From: Nitrospinales bacterium
Lineage (GTDB): Bacteria > Nitrospinota_A > UBA7883 > JACRGQ01
Reading direction: 5' to 3'
Length of the DNA: 64,000 bases
NCBI GenBank assembly: GCA_023248495.1
Contig: JAHFEK010000005.1
Coordinates: forward strand, 6,560 to 70,559
In this document: positions 8,647 to 20,109 of the stretch, one piece after another
Layout: every line of letters begins with the position of its first letter
Numbering within the stretch: position 1 is the first letter of the stretch
The notes under the pieces: model-generated
Databases searched by the model: none
Told to the model about the DNA's origin: nothing
What the model saw: the letters and a program-made list of their open reading frames with translations, nothing else
Position numbers and translations under genes: made by a program

Positions 8647-9544
8647 AGACCTTTATGCCGCCAGCGCGGGTGACGGTGAACGAGCGCACCGTGGCGAAGC
8701 GGGCCGAGTAGTCCTCGCCATCTACCTGCAACGGAACCGCATCGATAAAGGCAAGGGTGAGCGGCGGTTCATGTGTCGCCGCCAAAGGGGCGAGGGCGGG
8801 AATGAAGCGGCTGGCCGCCATTCGCAGGAATGCCCCGTTGCCGGGCAGCTTCATCAGCTCTATTGCGCCATCATCCGGCTTTCCCCCGGCGCCAAAGCGC
8901 GAGCCCCCTCCATACCACGCGAGGTTGCCGATAATCACCGAAAGCGGCGTACCGTCCGCCATCGGCGCGCGTTTGGCGTGGAATAATAAAGCCCACAGGC
9001 CGACCAGGCCGAACAGCATTTTCTTTGCGAAGGCAAAACCGAAAAATCCGGTTTGTTCCAAATATTTGAGGGCCGATTGATAGAGCGAGAGCACCCAGCC
9101 GTCAAAGCCGAAGCTGACGTAATTGGTAAACAACAGCTCGCCATTGAGCGCCCACACATCCACCATCCCGAATGATGGCGCGACGGCGATTTTTTGCAAG
9201 TGGGTAATCACGCTTTTCTGGCGCGGCCCCAATTGCCGCGCAAAATCGTTGCCGGTGCCAAGCGGGAAAACCGCCAGCGCCGTCTCCGGCGCGTGGCGCA
9301 CAATCAGGTCGGCCATCTGATGCACCGTGCCGTCGCCCCCGCAGACCAGCGCGATATCGCACCCCTTGAGCGCCTCTATAACGGCGGGGATGGCGGCGGG
9401 GGAAGCGGGTGTGGCGCATATCGCCGTTACGCGGTTTTTCAGCAACGGATCGCGCGCGCGCGCGTCCGTCAGCATCCGCTGTATACGCGACCCTTTGCCG
9501 TGGCCCGATTTGGGATTGATAAAAATGCCTATCCGATTTTCCAC
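8639..9544 (-). CDS. Diacylglycerol kinase family lipid kinase
   Basis: INPKSG, GGDGTV, PLGTGNDFAR, QVDGE motifs. Confidence 0.9.
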   Translation of the reverse strand: MENRIGIFINPKSGHGKGSRIQRMLTDARARDPLLKNRVTAICATPASPAAIPAVIEALKGCDIALVCGGDGTVHQMADLIVRHAPETALAVFPLGTGNDFARQLGPRQKSVITHLQKIAVAPSFGMVDVWALNGELLFTNYVSFGFDGWVLSLYQSALKYLEQTGFFGFAFAKKMLFGLVGLWALLFHAKRAPMADGTPLSVIIGNLAWYGGGSRFGAGGKPDDGAIELMKLPGNGAFLRMAASRFIPALAPLAATHEPPLTLAFIDAVPLQVDGEDYSARFATVRSFTVTRAGGIKVCA

Positions 9545-9654
9545 GCTTTAAACTTTAACGCGAATTTGAAAGTTTCGGCAGCAATTTGTTACCTGCGGTG
9601 CCGGGGGGAAAATGATGGATTTGGGCCCGGATGGCGTGTAGAGTACCGGGGAAT

Positions 9655-10329
9655 ATGATGCCGAATCCCAGCGATATTTACACCAAACCGCGCCTTGAGA
9701 TGGTGGAACAACAGTTGGTGCGCCGCGGCATCCGCGATGAACGGGTGCTTGCCGCGATGCGGCGGATACCGCGCCATGCCTTCGTTGACGAAGCGCTCTG
9801 TTTTAAGGCGTACGAAGATTACCCCCTGCCCATAGGCGAGAAGCAAACGATCAGCCAGCCGTTCATGGTCGCGGTTATGACCGAAATGCTGGAACTCAAA
9901 GGGAACGAAAAAATATTGGAGATCGGTACCGGGTGCGGCTATCAGACCGCCGTTTTGAGTTTGGTGGCGGCGCAGGTATACTCGATTGAACGGATTGGGC
10001 CGCTGCTGTTCAAAGCGCGGAAAACGCTTGAAGCACTCGGTATCCACAACGTTGCACTCACCGTCGGCGACGGCACCTTGGGGTGGAAGGACTTTGCCCC
10101 GTACGATGCAATTTTGGTCGCGGCGGGGGGGCCGGAGGTTCCGAAACCGTTGTTGGAACAGCTTGCTATCGGGGGACGGATAATCATCCCCATCGGCGGC
10201 GAAACGGGGCAGGTGCTTAAAAGGGTTATGCGGACGCCGTACGGTTTCGAGGAAACGGCCAGCACCCCCTGCACCTTCGTGAAACTGGTTGGACAATACG
10301 GCTGGCAGGAAAATGGGAACATAGGATGA
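9655..10329 (+). CDS. pcm: Protein-L-isoaspartate O-methyltransferase
   Basis: PLPIGEKQTISQP, LEIGTGCGYQ, GDGTLGW, APYDAI motifs; start 9655 or 9658. Confidence 0.94.
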   Translation: MMPNPSDIYTKPRLEMVEQQLVRRGIRDERVLAAMRRIPRHAFVDEALCFKAYEDYPLPIGEKQTISQPFMVAVMTEMLELKGNEKILEIGTGCGYQTAVLSLVAAQVYSIERIGPLLFKARKTLEALGIHNVALTVGDGTLGWKDFAPYDAILVAAGGPEVPKPLLEQLAIGGRIIIPIGGETGQVLKRVMRTPYGFEETASTPCTFVKLVGQYGWQENGNIG

Positions 10330-11369
10330 GCAACGAAAAAATAACCTACAAGGATGCCGGGGTCGACATAGACGCGGGCACGGAATCGCTGCGGCTTATC
10401 AAACGGCATGTTGAATCGACGGTGAATAAAAATGTCCTCTGGGGGCTGGGCGCTTTCGGCGGAATGTTCGATCTCACCGACATTGTGAAAGAGTACAAAA
10501 GGCCGGTGCTGGTGCAAAGCATCGATGGCGTCGGCACCAAGCTGATGGTGGCAAGCATGGCGGCGGACCATAGCACCATCGGCATGGACATCGTGAACCA
10601 CGGCTGCAACGACGTGCTCTGCCAGGGGGCAAAGCCGCTGACGTTTCTCGACTACGTGGCGATGAACCGGTTGCTTCCCGCGCAGATGGAAGAGATATTG
10701 CGCGGCATGGCCGCCGCCTGCCGCGATGCGGGGGTGGTGATTTTAGGAGGCGAAACCGCCGAACTCCCCGGCATGTATCAGGCGAAAGAATACGACGTGG
10801 CCGGTATCGTCACCGGCGTGGTGGAGCGCGACGAGATAGTGAACGGCTCCACGCTGGCCGCCGGGCAGGTGCTGATCGGCCTCGCCAGCAACGGGTTACA
10901 CACCAACGGCTACACGCTGGCGCGAAAGGTCTTTTTCGACATGGCAAAACTGGGCATACACGACACGCCAAAAGGGTTTGACCGGAGCGTTAAAGAGCTG
11001 CTCCTCGCGCCACACGTGAACTACGCCAACGCTGTTTTGGCCTTTTTGAAAAAAACAAAAGTTCACGCCATCGCGCACATCACCGGCGGCGGTTTTATAG
11101 ACAACATCATCCGCGTGGTGCCGGAAGGCAATCGGCTGACCGTGAAACGCGGCACTTGGCCGGTGTTGCCGGTATTCGATTTCATTCAAAAAACCGCGGG
11201 CGTGGCGCAGGAAGAAATGGAGCGCGCCTTCAACATGGGTATCGGCCTGGTGCTGGCGGTGGACAAAGCCGACGAAAAGACGGCGCTGGATTTCTTCAAT
11301 GCCAACGGTCACGCGGCATATTGTATCGGCCATGTTTCCAACGGCCCGCGCGGCGTAAGCGTTCAGTAA
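10326..11369 (+). CDS. purM: Phosphoribosylformylglycinamidine cyclo-ligase
   Basis: YKDAGVDI, DGVGTK, GGETAELPG, SNGLHTNGY, HITGGG, FNMGIG. Confidence 0.97.
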   Translation: MSNEKITYKDAGVDIDAGTESLRLIKRHVESTVNKNVLWGLGAFGGMFDLTDIVKEYKRPVLVQSIDGVGTKLMVASMAADHSTIGMDIVNHGCNDVLCQGAKPLTFLDYVAMNRLLPAQMEEILRGMAAACRDAGVVILGGETAELPGMYQAKEYDVAGIVTGVVERDEIVNGSTLAAGQVLIGLASNGLHTNGYTLARKVFFDMAKLGIHDTPKGFDRSVKELLLAPHVNYANAVLAFLKKTKVHAIAHITGGGFIDNIIRVVPEGNRLTVKRGTWPVLPVFDFIQKTAGVAQEEMERAFNMGIGLVLAVDKADEKTALDFFNANGHAAYCIGHVSNGPRGVSVQ

Positions 11370-11390
11370 GGCGCCGCTATCGGCAAAAAA

Positions 11391-11479
11391 TGGTGCCGGG
11401 AGCCGGAATCGAACCGGCACAGGCGTTTCCACCCGAGGGATTTTAAGTCCCTTGCGTCTACCAATTTCGCCATCCCGGC
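11391..11479 (-). tRNA. tRNA-Leu(TAA)
   Basis: GCCGGGATGGCGAAATTGGTAGACGC AGGGA CT-TAA-AA TCCCT, variable arm, GGTTCGATTCC, CCA end. Confidence 0.96.
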
Positions 11480-11523
11480 AATGGAGAACATCCAGAATTG
11501 TACACGGCGGGGAAGCTTTAGGT

Positions 11524-11553
11524 AAATAAAAAGGGGGCGCCATTTTTGGCGCT
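11524..11553 (-). terminator. Possible intrinsic terminator after the hemerythrin gene
   Basis: GCGCCA-AAAA-TGGCGC hairpin followed by CCCC and TTTTTATTT on the minus strand. Confidence 0.35.
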
Positions 11554-11592
11554 TGCGGGCCAACAAGCAAGTTGAAACCTGTTGTACCCCGG

Positions 11593-12003
11593 CTATTTTG
11601 CCAAAATATGTTTTGCGATTTTCGAGTCCTGCAACTTAATGTGATTCAACAGCCAGTCCTTCAGGAACCACATAAGGCCCGCCTCGACCCCCGGCTCGCC
11701 ATCACGAAAGCGCTTCTGGAAATCGAGAGCTTCCGCCAACAAATCCTGGTGCAGCTTCCGGTGTGCTTCCAGTCCCGGATAGCCATGCCGTTCCTGTATG
11801 ATCTCCTCCTGGGCGAAGTGGGTACCGGTATATTCAAGAACCCCCCGCAATACTTTTTCGGTTTCCGCCGCGGTGCCAACTTCCATGGCGATATATAAAT
11901 CGTTAATCAGCGCCACCAGCCGCATATGCTGCTGGTCAACTTCCGGAATGCCTATTTCATAATCGTCTTTCCAGGTTATATAGGCCGTATCATCTATCGC
12001 CAT
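11593..12003 (-). CDS. Bacteriohemerythrin
   Basis: Di-iron ligand set: DQQH, HFAQEE, HRKLH, WLLNHIKLQD. Confidence 0.93.
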   Translation of the reverse strand: MAIDDTAYITWKDDYEIGIPEVDQQHMRLVALINDLYIAMEVGTAAETEKVLRGVLEYTGTHFAQEEIIQERHGYPGLEAHRKLHQDLLAEALDFQKRFRDGEPGVEAGLMWFLKDWLLNHIKLQDSKIAKHILAK

Positions 12004-13839
12004 TTAACGCCCCTCGTTTTTAAGGTCTTCACCTGTGATGAGATGGGTGAGATCATTCACATGGTCATACAGGGTTTCCGCCTGCGCGTTAAGCTCTTCC
12101 GCGGCGGCAGCCGACTCCTCGGCGGTAGCGGCGTTTTGCTGCGTTACCCGGTCCATCTGGGAAACCGCCTGATTGACCTGTTGCACGCCATTCGCCTGCT
12201 CGGTACTTGCCGCGGCGATTTGGGTAACCCCGCTCCCCACTTTTTTCGTCGATGTGGATATTTTTTCGAAATTATCGGCGAGTTTTTTTACGATCCCTTC
12301 GCCATTGCCTGCCTGCCGCACGGCATTTTCGATAAGGGCGGCGGTATCCTTGGCGGCCGTGGCGGAACGCTGCGCCAGATTGCGCACCTCCTCGGCAACC
12401 ACGGCAAAGCCTTTGCCGTGTTCGCCGGCGCGGGCCGCTTCCACGGCGGCGTTGAGCGCCAGCAGATTGGTCTGGAACGCAATTTCCTCGATGACCTTGA
12501 TGATCTTGGATATTTCGCCCGATGACTGTTTGATGGATGCCATGGATGATTCCATCTCCTTCATGGCGGTCGCCCCTTCGCTGACGGTTTGTTCGGAATC
12601 CTTCATGGCGCTTGCCGCCTCCGACGCGCTCTTACTGTTGGAGGCGCTTGTTTCGGCGATATGCTGCAAGGAAGCGGCGGTCTCTTCCAGCGATGACGCC
12701 TGCTGGGTAGCGCCGCTGGCAAGCGCCTGGCTGGCGTTGGATATCTCGGCGGACGCGCTGGCAATCTGCCCCGATCCCTCAATCAGGCCATGAATGACCA
12801 CATTGATGGGCCCGATAACCCTGCGCCGCACAAAGAACAGCACGAACAGGAATACCGCCACCGCGAATATAAGGAGGCCGATGTTCAGGAGCATGGTGTT
12901 GCGGGCTTTTGTGCCAATCTCAATGGCCGCCTCGGCCGCCAATTCGCCGATGGTGTTGGAAATCGCAAGACCGGAGTCAATCGCCTTGGTGGCGCGCGTT
13001 ATCCATTCCGGACCGGTCACCGGATACGGCTTGGCCTCGGCGTTGGCGGCGTACACCTGATCGCGCAGTTGCTGGTAGGAGCCTAAAAATTCCTTTTCAA
13101 AAACGTCGATCGAGGCCGCAAGCTTGGGCGGCGTGGAGGAAAGCGTTTTAAGCGCGATTACTTGCGCCGCCGAGTTATCCACGATGGAACGCCACGCCTT
13201 CAGCGTTTCCATCTGCGCGGGAGGTATCTGCTCGCCGGCGGCGATGCGGGAGCCAAGGGCCGCCCGCTCGCGGCCCGCATATTCGCACAACGTGGCGGCG
13301 GTGGCCCGCACCACGGAGTTGTAATACAGCACCTGCTCGCGCTGATCGCGCGGCGCGAAAACGGTGTTGCGCAGCGCAAATTCGGCATCTATGTTTTTAG
13401 TGGCGGCCTTCACCCAGTCGGGTACCGCCATCCCCTTTGATTTTACGCGCTGGCGGGAATCCCGCACTTCCTTCATGGTTGTCTGCCAGGCGGAAAGCTT
13501 TGCCGACAAATCGGCATCCTTACCCAAACTTAAAAGGGCTTCGATCTCCCTATTGGCCTCCTCGGCATCGGCGTCCCCCTTGCTCCCCAAATCGGCGTAC
13601 TTGGCCAACAACGCGTCGGCGGGTTTATCGCTTCCCAGAATGGTCGCGCCCACGCCGCGCTCTATCGCCTGCCAGCCGGCGGCGGCGTTCAAGTGACCCG
13701 CGGCATCCTGCATTTTGTCATAGCGTTCCGCCATAGCGTGCTCACCGCGCGCTTGATCTATGAGGAATAGGGCAAGAATGAGCGAAACGAAAAGCATGAG
13801 CGCGAGCATCGCGGTCATCTTGGCCTGAAGGCTTTTCAT
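12004..13839 (-). CDS. Methyl-accepting chemotaxis protein with NIT-like periplasmic sensor
   Basis: Two TM helices; [30 protein letters not shown] signalling hairpin; [14 protein letters not shown] and W..RATKAID resemble NIT-domain motifs. Confidence 0.88.
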   Translation of the reverse strand: MKSLQAKMTAMLALMLFVSLILALFLIDQARGEHAMAERYDKMQDAAGHLNAAAGWQAIERGVGATILGSDKPADALLAKYADLGSKGDADAEEANREIEALLSLGKDADLSAKLSAWQTTMKEVRDSRQRVKSKGMAVPDWVKAATKNIDAEFALRNTVFAPRDQREQVLYYNSVVRATAATLCEYAGRERAALGSRIAAGEQIPPAQMETLKAWRSIVDNSAAQVIALKTLSSTPPKLAASIDVFEKEFLGSYQQLRDQVYAANAEAKPYPVTGPEWITRATKAIDSGLAISNTIGELAAEAAIEIGTKARNTMLLNIGLLIFAVAVFLFVLFFVRRRVIGPINVVIHGLIEGSGQIASASAEISNASQALASGATQQASSLEETAASLQHIAETSASNSKSASEAASAMKDSEQTVSEGATAMKEMESSMASIKQSSGEISKIIKVIEEIAFQTNLLALNAAVEAARAGEHGKGFAVVAEEVRNLAQRSATAAKDTAALIENAVRQAGNGEGIVKKLADNFEKISTSTKKVGSGVTQIAAASTEQANGVQQVNQAVSQMDRVTQQNAATAEESAAAAEELNAQAETLYDHVNDLTHLITGEDLKNEGR

Positions 13840-14043
13840 AAACCCGGTCTCCTAAGTCAAAGGGTATAGCTATCGACTGTAACCTGGCGTGTTGTTGTGG
13901 CTGACCGCCGCAAATGAAGTTTTCGGCCTGTCCCCACCCCTACTCTCACCCGCTAGCATAATAACGCTTTTTTGATATGGATGCCAATACCCGGGGAAGG
14001 CCAAATTTAATATACGGGGATGGATAAGGTATAATTGGCCGAT

Positions 14044-14466
14044 ATGGATATAAAATGTGAACCATTGGCTTCCAATGGCGGCTTTTCGCTGGTCGAGCTG
14101 TTAATCGTGATGGTGATTCTTGGCCTTTTGGCCGGGCTGGTGGGTCCCCGTCTGTTCAAACACGCCGACACCGCCAAGCAGAAAGACGCCGCGGTGCAGA
14201 TTGGCATGTTTGAGGAGGCGCTTGATCTCTACCGTTTGGAACACCATAAATATCCCACAACCGAAGAGGGGCTGGCCGCCATAAAACCGTACCTGAAAAA
14301 AGATCTGCCCGCCGATCCGTGGGGAAATCCCTTTCATTATAAATCCCCCGGGGATAATGGCCGCGAGTATGACATTGTGAGCAACGGCGCCGACAACGCG
14401 CCGGGCGGCGAAGGGATCAACGAGGATATCGTCAGCTGGAAATCGCTGGGCAAATCCGGCGAATAA
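14044..14466 (+). CDS. gspG: Type II secretion major pseudopilin
   Basis: GFSLVELLIVMVILGLLAGLVGP prepilin motif; YPTTEEGL, DPWGNPF.Y.SPG, GAD..PGGEG.N.DI. Confidence 0.88.
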   Translation: MDIKCEPLASNGGFSLVELLIVMVILGLLAGLVGPRLFKHADTAKQKDAAVQIGMFEEALDLYRLEHHKYPTTEEGLAAIKPYLKKDLPADPWGNPFHYKSPGDNGREYDIVSNGADNAPGGEGINEDIVSWKSLGKSGE

Positions 14467-14476
14467 CCGCCCCCAT

Positions 14477-14506
14477 GTCATCCCCGCTAAGACGGGATAC
14501 AGACAT
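14477..14506. repeat. Degenerate GTCAT-type REP-like palindrome
   Basis: GTCATCCCCGCTAAGACGGGATACAGAC hairpin between convergent gspG and comM. Confidence 0.4.
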
Positions 14507-14618
14507 ATTATCGAAGCTTCCCCCATCGGCTCGTTGGGCCGACCTGTTGGCGCTTCGCGCCAATGAACAGACTAAAGTCCGTACCTACCTAAAGAAACTC
14601 TTTTCCCGTCAGGCGGAC

Positions 14619-16148
14619 CTACAATCCCCGTTCAAGCGCGCGGTACTGGATGGCCTCGGCCACATGCTCGGTGCGGATGTCGTCGCAACCGGCAAGGTCG
14701 GCGATGGTGCGCGCCACCTTCAAAATCCGCGAGTGGGCGCGGGCCGATAGCCCCAGCCGCTCCATTGCCATCTTAAGCAGGTTTTCCGCTTCCGTTCCCA
14801 CTTTGCAATGCGTTTTAATCTGCTTGGATCCCATCTGCGCGTTGCGGTAGATGCGGCTCTTGGCGAAGCGCTTTTTCTGGCGGCTCTGCGCCATATCGAC
14901 CCGCGCGCGGATGACCGCGGAGGATTCGCCGTCAACGGCATCCCCCTTCAACTCCTGATATTTCACCGCCGGCACGTCCACCTGAATGTCGATGCGGTCC
15001 AGCAGCGGCCCGGATATTTTTTGGCGGTAGCGGCGCATCTCCATCGCGGTGCAGCGGCACTCTTTCACCGGATCGGTGGAGAAGCCGCAGGGGCATGGGT
15101 TCATGGCGCAGACCATCATAAAGTCCGCCGGAAACGCGACCGACGAAGACGCGCGTGAAATCACCACCCGCCCGTCTTCCAAGGGCTGGCGCAACACCTC
15201 CAACGCGCTGCGGCGGAATTCCGGCAGCTCATCGAGAAATAGCACGCCGTGATGCGCCAACGATACCTCGCCGGGCATTACCGGGTTGTTGCCGCCGCCG
15301 ACAAGGCCGGCATCCGACACGGTGTGGTGCGGCGCGCGGAACGGGCGGCGCGAGAGCACCGAAACATTTCGCCCCAACAAACCCGCCACGCTATGAATGC
15401 GTGAGCAGTCGATGGCCTCTTCCAGCGACCAGCCGGGCATCACGGTGGAAAGCCGCCGGGCGATCATCGATTTACCGGAACCGGGGGGGCCGATCATCAG
15501 CATGTTGTGGCCCCCCGCCGCGGCCACTTCCACGGCGCGGCGCACATGATGCTGCCCCTTCACCTCGGAAAAATCCACTTCATCTTCCAAAATGACTTCC
15601 GGCCCGAAAAGCATTGGCGTGGCCTTTTCGATAACGGTCTCGCCGAGCAGCCACCCCACCGCCTGCGCCAGCGTTTCCACCGGGTAGACATTCACCCCGT
15701 CCACCACCGCCGCCTCACCGGCATTTTTAGCGGGACAAAGCAATCCGGCCGCATGGCGGGCTTTCACCGTGACCGCGACGGAAAGCATCCCGCGCACCGG
15801 CTTCACCCGCCCGTCAAGGGCCAACTCGCCGATGATAAAAAGGTTTTCCAGCCGCTCGGCGGGAATGATCCCTTGCGCGGCAAGAATAGCCAGCGCTATC
15901 GGCAGGTCAAACGCGCTTCCTTCTTTGCGGACGTCGGCGGGAGCGAGATTCACGGTGATTCTTTTCACCGGCATATCGAAACCGGAGTTTTTGAGCGCGG
16001 CGAGAATGCGGTTTTGGCTCTCCTTCACCGCCGCGTCCGGCAATCCCACGGTGACGTAGAAAAACATGCCGGGAGTCAGATCGACTTCAACTTCCACGGG
16101 AAACGCCTCGATGCCGAGGTGCGCGGCGCTGAACAGCTTTGCGATCAT
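14619..16148 (-). CDS. comM: YifB/ComM Mg-chelatase-like AAA+ ATPase
   Basis: VGLPDAAVKES, NLAPAD, GPPGSGKSM, RAPHH, PGEVSLAHHGVLFLDE, MNPCPCG, SGPLLDRID. Confidence 0.93.
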   Translation of the reverse strand: MIAKLFSAAHLGIEAFPVEVEVDLTPGMFFYVTVGLPDAAVKESQNRILAALKNSGFDMPVKRITVNLAPADVRKEGSAFDLPIALAILAAQGIIPAERLENLFIIGELALDGRVKPVRGMLSVAVTVKARHAAGLLCPAKNAGEAAVVDGVNVYPVETLAQAVGWLLGETVIEKATPMLFGPEVILEDEVDFSEVKGQHHVRRAVEVAAAGGHNMLMIGPPGSGKSMIARRLSTVMPGWSLEEAIDCSRIHSVAGLLGRNVSVLSRRPFRAPHHTVSDAGLVGGGNNPVMPGEVSLAHHGVLFLDELPEFRRSALEVLRQPLEDGRVVISRASSSVAFPADFMMVCAMNPCPCGFSTDPVKECRCTAMEMRRYRQKISGPLLDRIDIQVDVPAVKYQELKGDAVDGESSAVIRARVDMAQSRQKKRFAKSRIYRNAQMGSKQIKTHCKVGTEAENLLKMAMERLGLSARAHSRILKVARTIADLAGCDDIRTEHVAEAIQYRALERGL

Positions 16149-16257
16149 TACCGGGAATTAGACAGCACGGGGAGCTGCGGGTCAATGCTTATCCGGGAGT
16201 GGGGCGTCCCTCCCCGCATGTGATACCATAGGGCAAATATGTGTGGGAAGGGCGCAA

Positions 16258-17706
16258 ATGAAGTGGTTTGAGGAAAAAGGCCTGGGATTCAAGATCCTCG
16301 CCTCGCTTACTTTCATTTTGCTTGTTACATCCGTCGCCAATACCTTCTGGACCCACCGCCAGCTCAAGCATACCGTCCTCAAAGGGGCGGAACAGCGCGC
16401 GCTGAACCTAAGCGAATCCGTCCTCCTCACGCTCAACAACATGATGGCGCAGGGAACGATCGGCGAACGGCGGAAATACCTTGATTCCTTCGCCACGTTC
16501 AAAGGCGTGCGCGAAGTGCGGGTGATCCGCGGCGCCGGGGTGGATGAGCAATACGGCGAGGGACCGGCCGAAGAGAAGCCGCGTGACGAGGTGGATAAAC
16601 GGGTGCTCGCCACCGGCAAAATGGAATCGCTGTTTGTGACGGAAGGCGGCGCGAGCGGACTGCGGGTGGTGATACCGTTCCTCATGTCGAAAGAATGGAG
16701 CGAAAAGACCGGCATCAACTGTTTCGACTGCCATCAGGGTAGCGAAGGCACCGCCAACGGAGCATTGAGCCTGATCATTCCCATGGAGGACGCGGAAGCG
16801 GAAATCATCAGGAACGACGGAGTGATGGCCGGATTTTACGCGGTTGAATTCGCCGTCATATTCCTGTTCTTCCTCTGGATGATACGCTACCGCGTCAACG
16901 CCGTATTGATGCGCATATCAGGTAAATTGCGGGATACCACCGATACGGTAACCGGCGCTTCGCACCTGATGGCGGACGCCAGCAGCGGCCTTTCCAAAGG
17001 GGCGGCACGGCAGGCCAATTCCCTCGAGCAGACCGCCGCCTCGCTGGAAGAAATATCATCCATGGTGCGCCATACGGCGGAAAATGCGAAAGAGGCCAAT
17101 ACGGTCATGCACGGCGCCACTGAAGTGGTCGACGAGGGAAGCGCCTCCATGAAACGCCTTGTTGAAGCAATGCGTCATATCGAAGGGGCCTCCACGGAGA
17201 TAGCCAAAATCATGCAGGTGATCGAGGAGATCGCCATGCAAACGAACCTCATATCGCTCAACGCTTCGATCGAAGCGGCCCGCGCAGGCGAGCATGGCAA
17301 AGGATTCGGCGTAGTGGCCGAAGAGGTACGCGGCCTCGCGAGGCGCAGCGGCACGGCCGCGAAAGAAACCACCCGATTGATCCAGAACGCCGTCGTACGC
17401 GCCCGCGAAGGGGCCGAAATCACCGCCACCACCGTACAAACCTTTGAAAAAATAGCCGCGCTTACAGCCCGCGCCGCCCAATTGGTGGAACAGATAAGCA
17501 ACGCCGCCAGCGAACAGGCGGTCGGCATCGACCAGATCAACAAGGCGGTGACCGAGATGGATGCGGTGACGCAACAAAGCGCCAAAAAAGCGGAAGAAAC
17601 GGCCAATCTTGGTTTATCGCTCGACGGTCAAACAAGGGAACTGGCGGCAATCATTCACGAACTGAACGTCATCGTAAAAGGCGTTCACGCCGAAAGCGGG
17701 GAATGA
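16258..17706 (+). CDS. Methyl-accepting chemotaxis protein with periplasmic c-type heme sensor domain
   Basis: Two TM helices flanking a domain with CxxCH (CFDCH); MCP hairpin [26 protein letters not shown]. Confidence 0.88.
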   Translation: MKWFEEKGLGFKILASLTFILLVTSVANTFWTHRQLKHTVLKGAEQRALNLSESVLLTLNNMMAQGTIGERRKYLDSFATFKGVREVRVIRGAGVDEQYGEGPAEEKPRDEVDKRVLATGKMESLFVTEGGASGLRVVIPFLMSKEWSEKTGINCFDCHQGSEGTANGALSLIIPMEDAEAEIIRNDGVMAGFYAVEFAVIFLFFLWMIRYRVNAVLMRISGKLRDTTDTVTGASHLMADASSGLSKGAARQANSLEQTAASLEEISSMVRHTAENAKEANTVMHGATEVVDEGSASMKRLVEAMRHIEGASTEIAKIMQVIEEIAMQTNLISLNASIEAARAGEHGKGFGVVAEEVRGLARRSGTAAKETTRLIQNAVVRAREGAEITATTVQTFEKIAALTARAAQLVEQISNAASEQAVGIDQINKAVTEMDAVTQQSAKKAEETANLGLSLDGQTRELAAIIHELNVIVKGVHAESGE

Positions 17707-17749
17707 CCGCCCCCCGGGGGTTGCCCGGGGAGCCGTGAATCGAAGAACG

Positions 17750-18943
17750 TTATTCGGCGGGAGAGAGGGCGGCAAGGCCGGGCAGGGTTTTCCCTTCCAG
17801 CAACTCGAGGAAAGCGCCGCCGCCGGTGCTGATAAAGCTGAATTTGTCGCTCTGGCCCGCCTTGTGGATCGCCACGTCCGTATCTCCGCCGCCGGCAATG
17901 GTCATCGCATAACAATCCGCCACGGCATGCACCATCGCCATCGTGCCACGCGAGAAAATGTCCATCTCAAACACCCCCATCGGCCCGTTCCAAATGATGG
18001 TCTTGGCGTCGTGCAACACCTCCTTGAACAGCATCACGCTGGCAGGGCCGATGTCCGGCGCATACCAATCGTCCGGTATCTCCTTGGCGGGAACGATCTT
18101 GGTGTTGGCCCTGGGATCAATGCGGTCGGCCACCACAAAATCGACAGGGAGGTAGAACTTCACCCCTTTTTCCCGCGCCTTCGCCTTTATCTTCACCACG
18201 GCGTCAATCATGTTTTCTTCCACCTTGCACTTGCCCACGTTGTAACCCAGCGCCTTGTAGAAGGTGAATGCCAGCCCGCCGCCGACGATGATCTTGTCGA
18301 CGTGGTCGATCAGGTTGATAAAGACCTTGATTTTGGTGCTGGCCTTCGCGCCGCCAACGATGGCGACCACCGGGCGGGCCGGGTCGGCCACCGAACGGTT
18401 GAAGTATTCGATCTCCTTTTTCATCAGGTAGCCCGCCGCCGATTTGGCCACCAGCTTGGTGATCCCCTCGGTGCTGGCGTGGGCGCGGTGGGCGGTGCCG
18501 AACGCATCGTTGATGTAGAGGTCGGCCAACGCCGCCAGCTTTTTGCAAAAACCGGGTTCGTTTTCCTCCTCTTCCTTGTGGAAGCGGAGATTTTCCAGCA
18601 GCAGCACATCGCCATTTTTCATGGCGGCCACCATCGCTTCCACTTCAGGCCCCACGCAGTCCGGGGCAAACAGCACATCGCGGTTCAAAAGGCGCGCCAG
18701 CCGCGCCTGCACCGGCTTGAGGCTGTATTTCGGGTTGCGCTCGCCGTCCGGCCGCCCCAGATGCGAGGCGAGGATCACCTTCGCCCCCCGGTCGATCAAA
18801 TCGTTGATGGTTTGAAGCGTTCCGCGAATGCGGGTGTCGTCGGTGATTTTCTGAAAGTCGTCCAGCGGCACGTTGAAATCGACCCGGACAAAGCAGCGCT
18901 TGCCGCCAACGTCCAGCTTGTCCATCGTCAATTTGTTCAACAT
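17750..18943 (-). CDS. pgk: Phosphoglycerate kinase
   Basis: RVDFNVP, SHLGRP, LLENLRF, NDAFGTAHRAHAS, WNGPMGVFE, STGGGAFLE. Confidence 0.97.
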   Translation of the reverse strand: MLNKLTMDKLDVGGKRCFVRVDFNVPLDDFQKITDDTRIRGTLQTINDLIDRGAKVILASHLGRPDGERNPKYSLKPVQARLARLLNRDVLFAPDCVGPEVEAMVAAMKNGDVLLLENLRFHKEEEENEPGFCKKLAALADLYINDAFGTAHRAHASTEGITKLVAKSAAGYLMKKEIEYFNRSVADPARPVVAIVGGAKASTKIKVFINLIDHVDKIIVGGGLAFTFYKALGYNVGKCKVEENMIDAVVKIKAKAREKGVKFYLPVDFVVADRIDPRANTKIVPAKEIPDDWYAPDIGPASVMLFKEVLHDAKTIIWNGPMGVFEMDIFSRGTMAMVHAVADCYAMTIAGGGDTDVAIHKAGQSDKFSFISTGGGAFLELLEGKTLPGLAALSPAE

Positions 18944-18947
18944 CGGA

Positions 18948-20051
<1,104 letters not shown>

Positions 20052-20109
20052 TCACAGTGGTCCGGCACGGTTAAAGAAATAAGAATTCGCCGGGCGAACT
20101 CGAAGTAAG

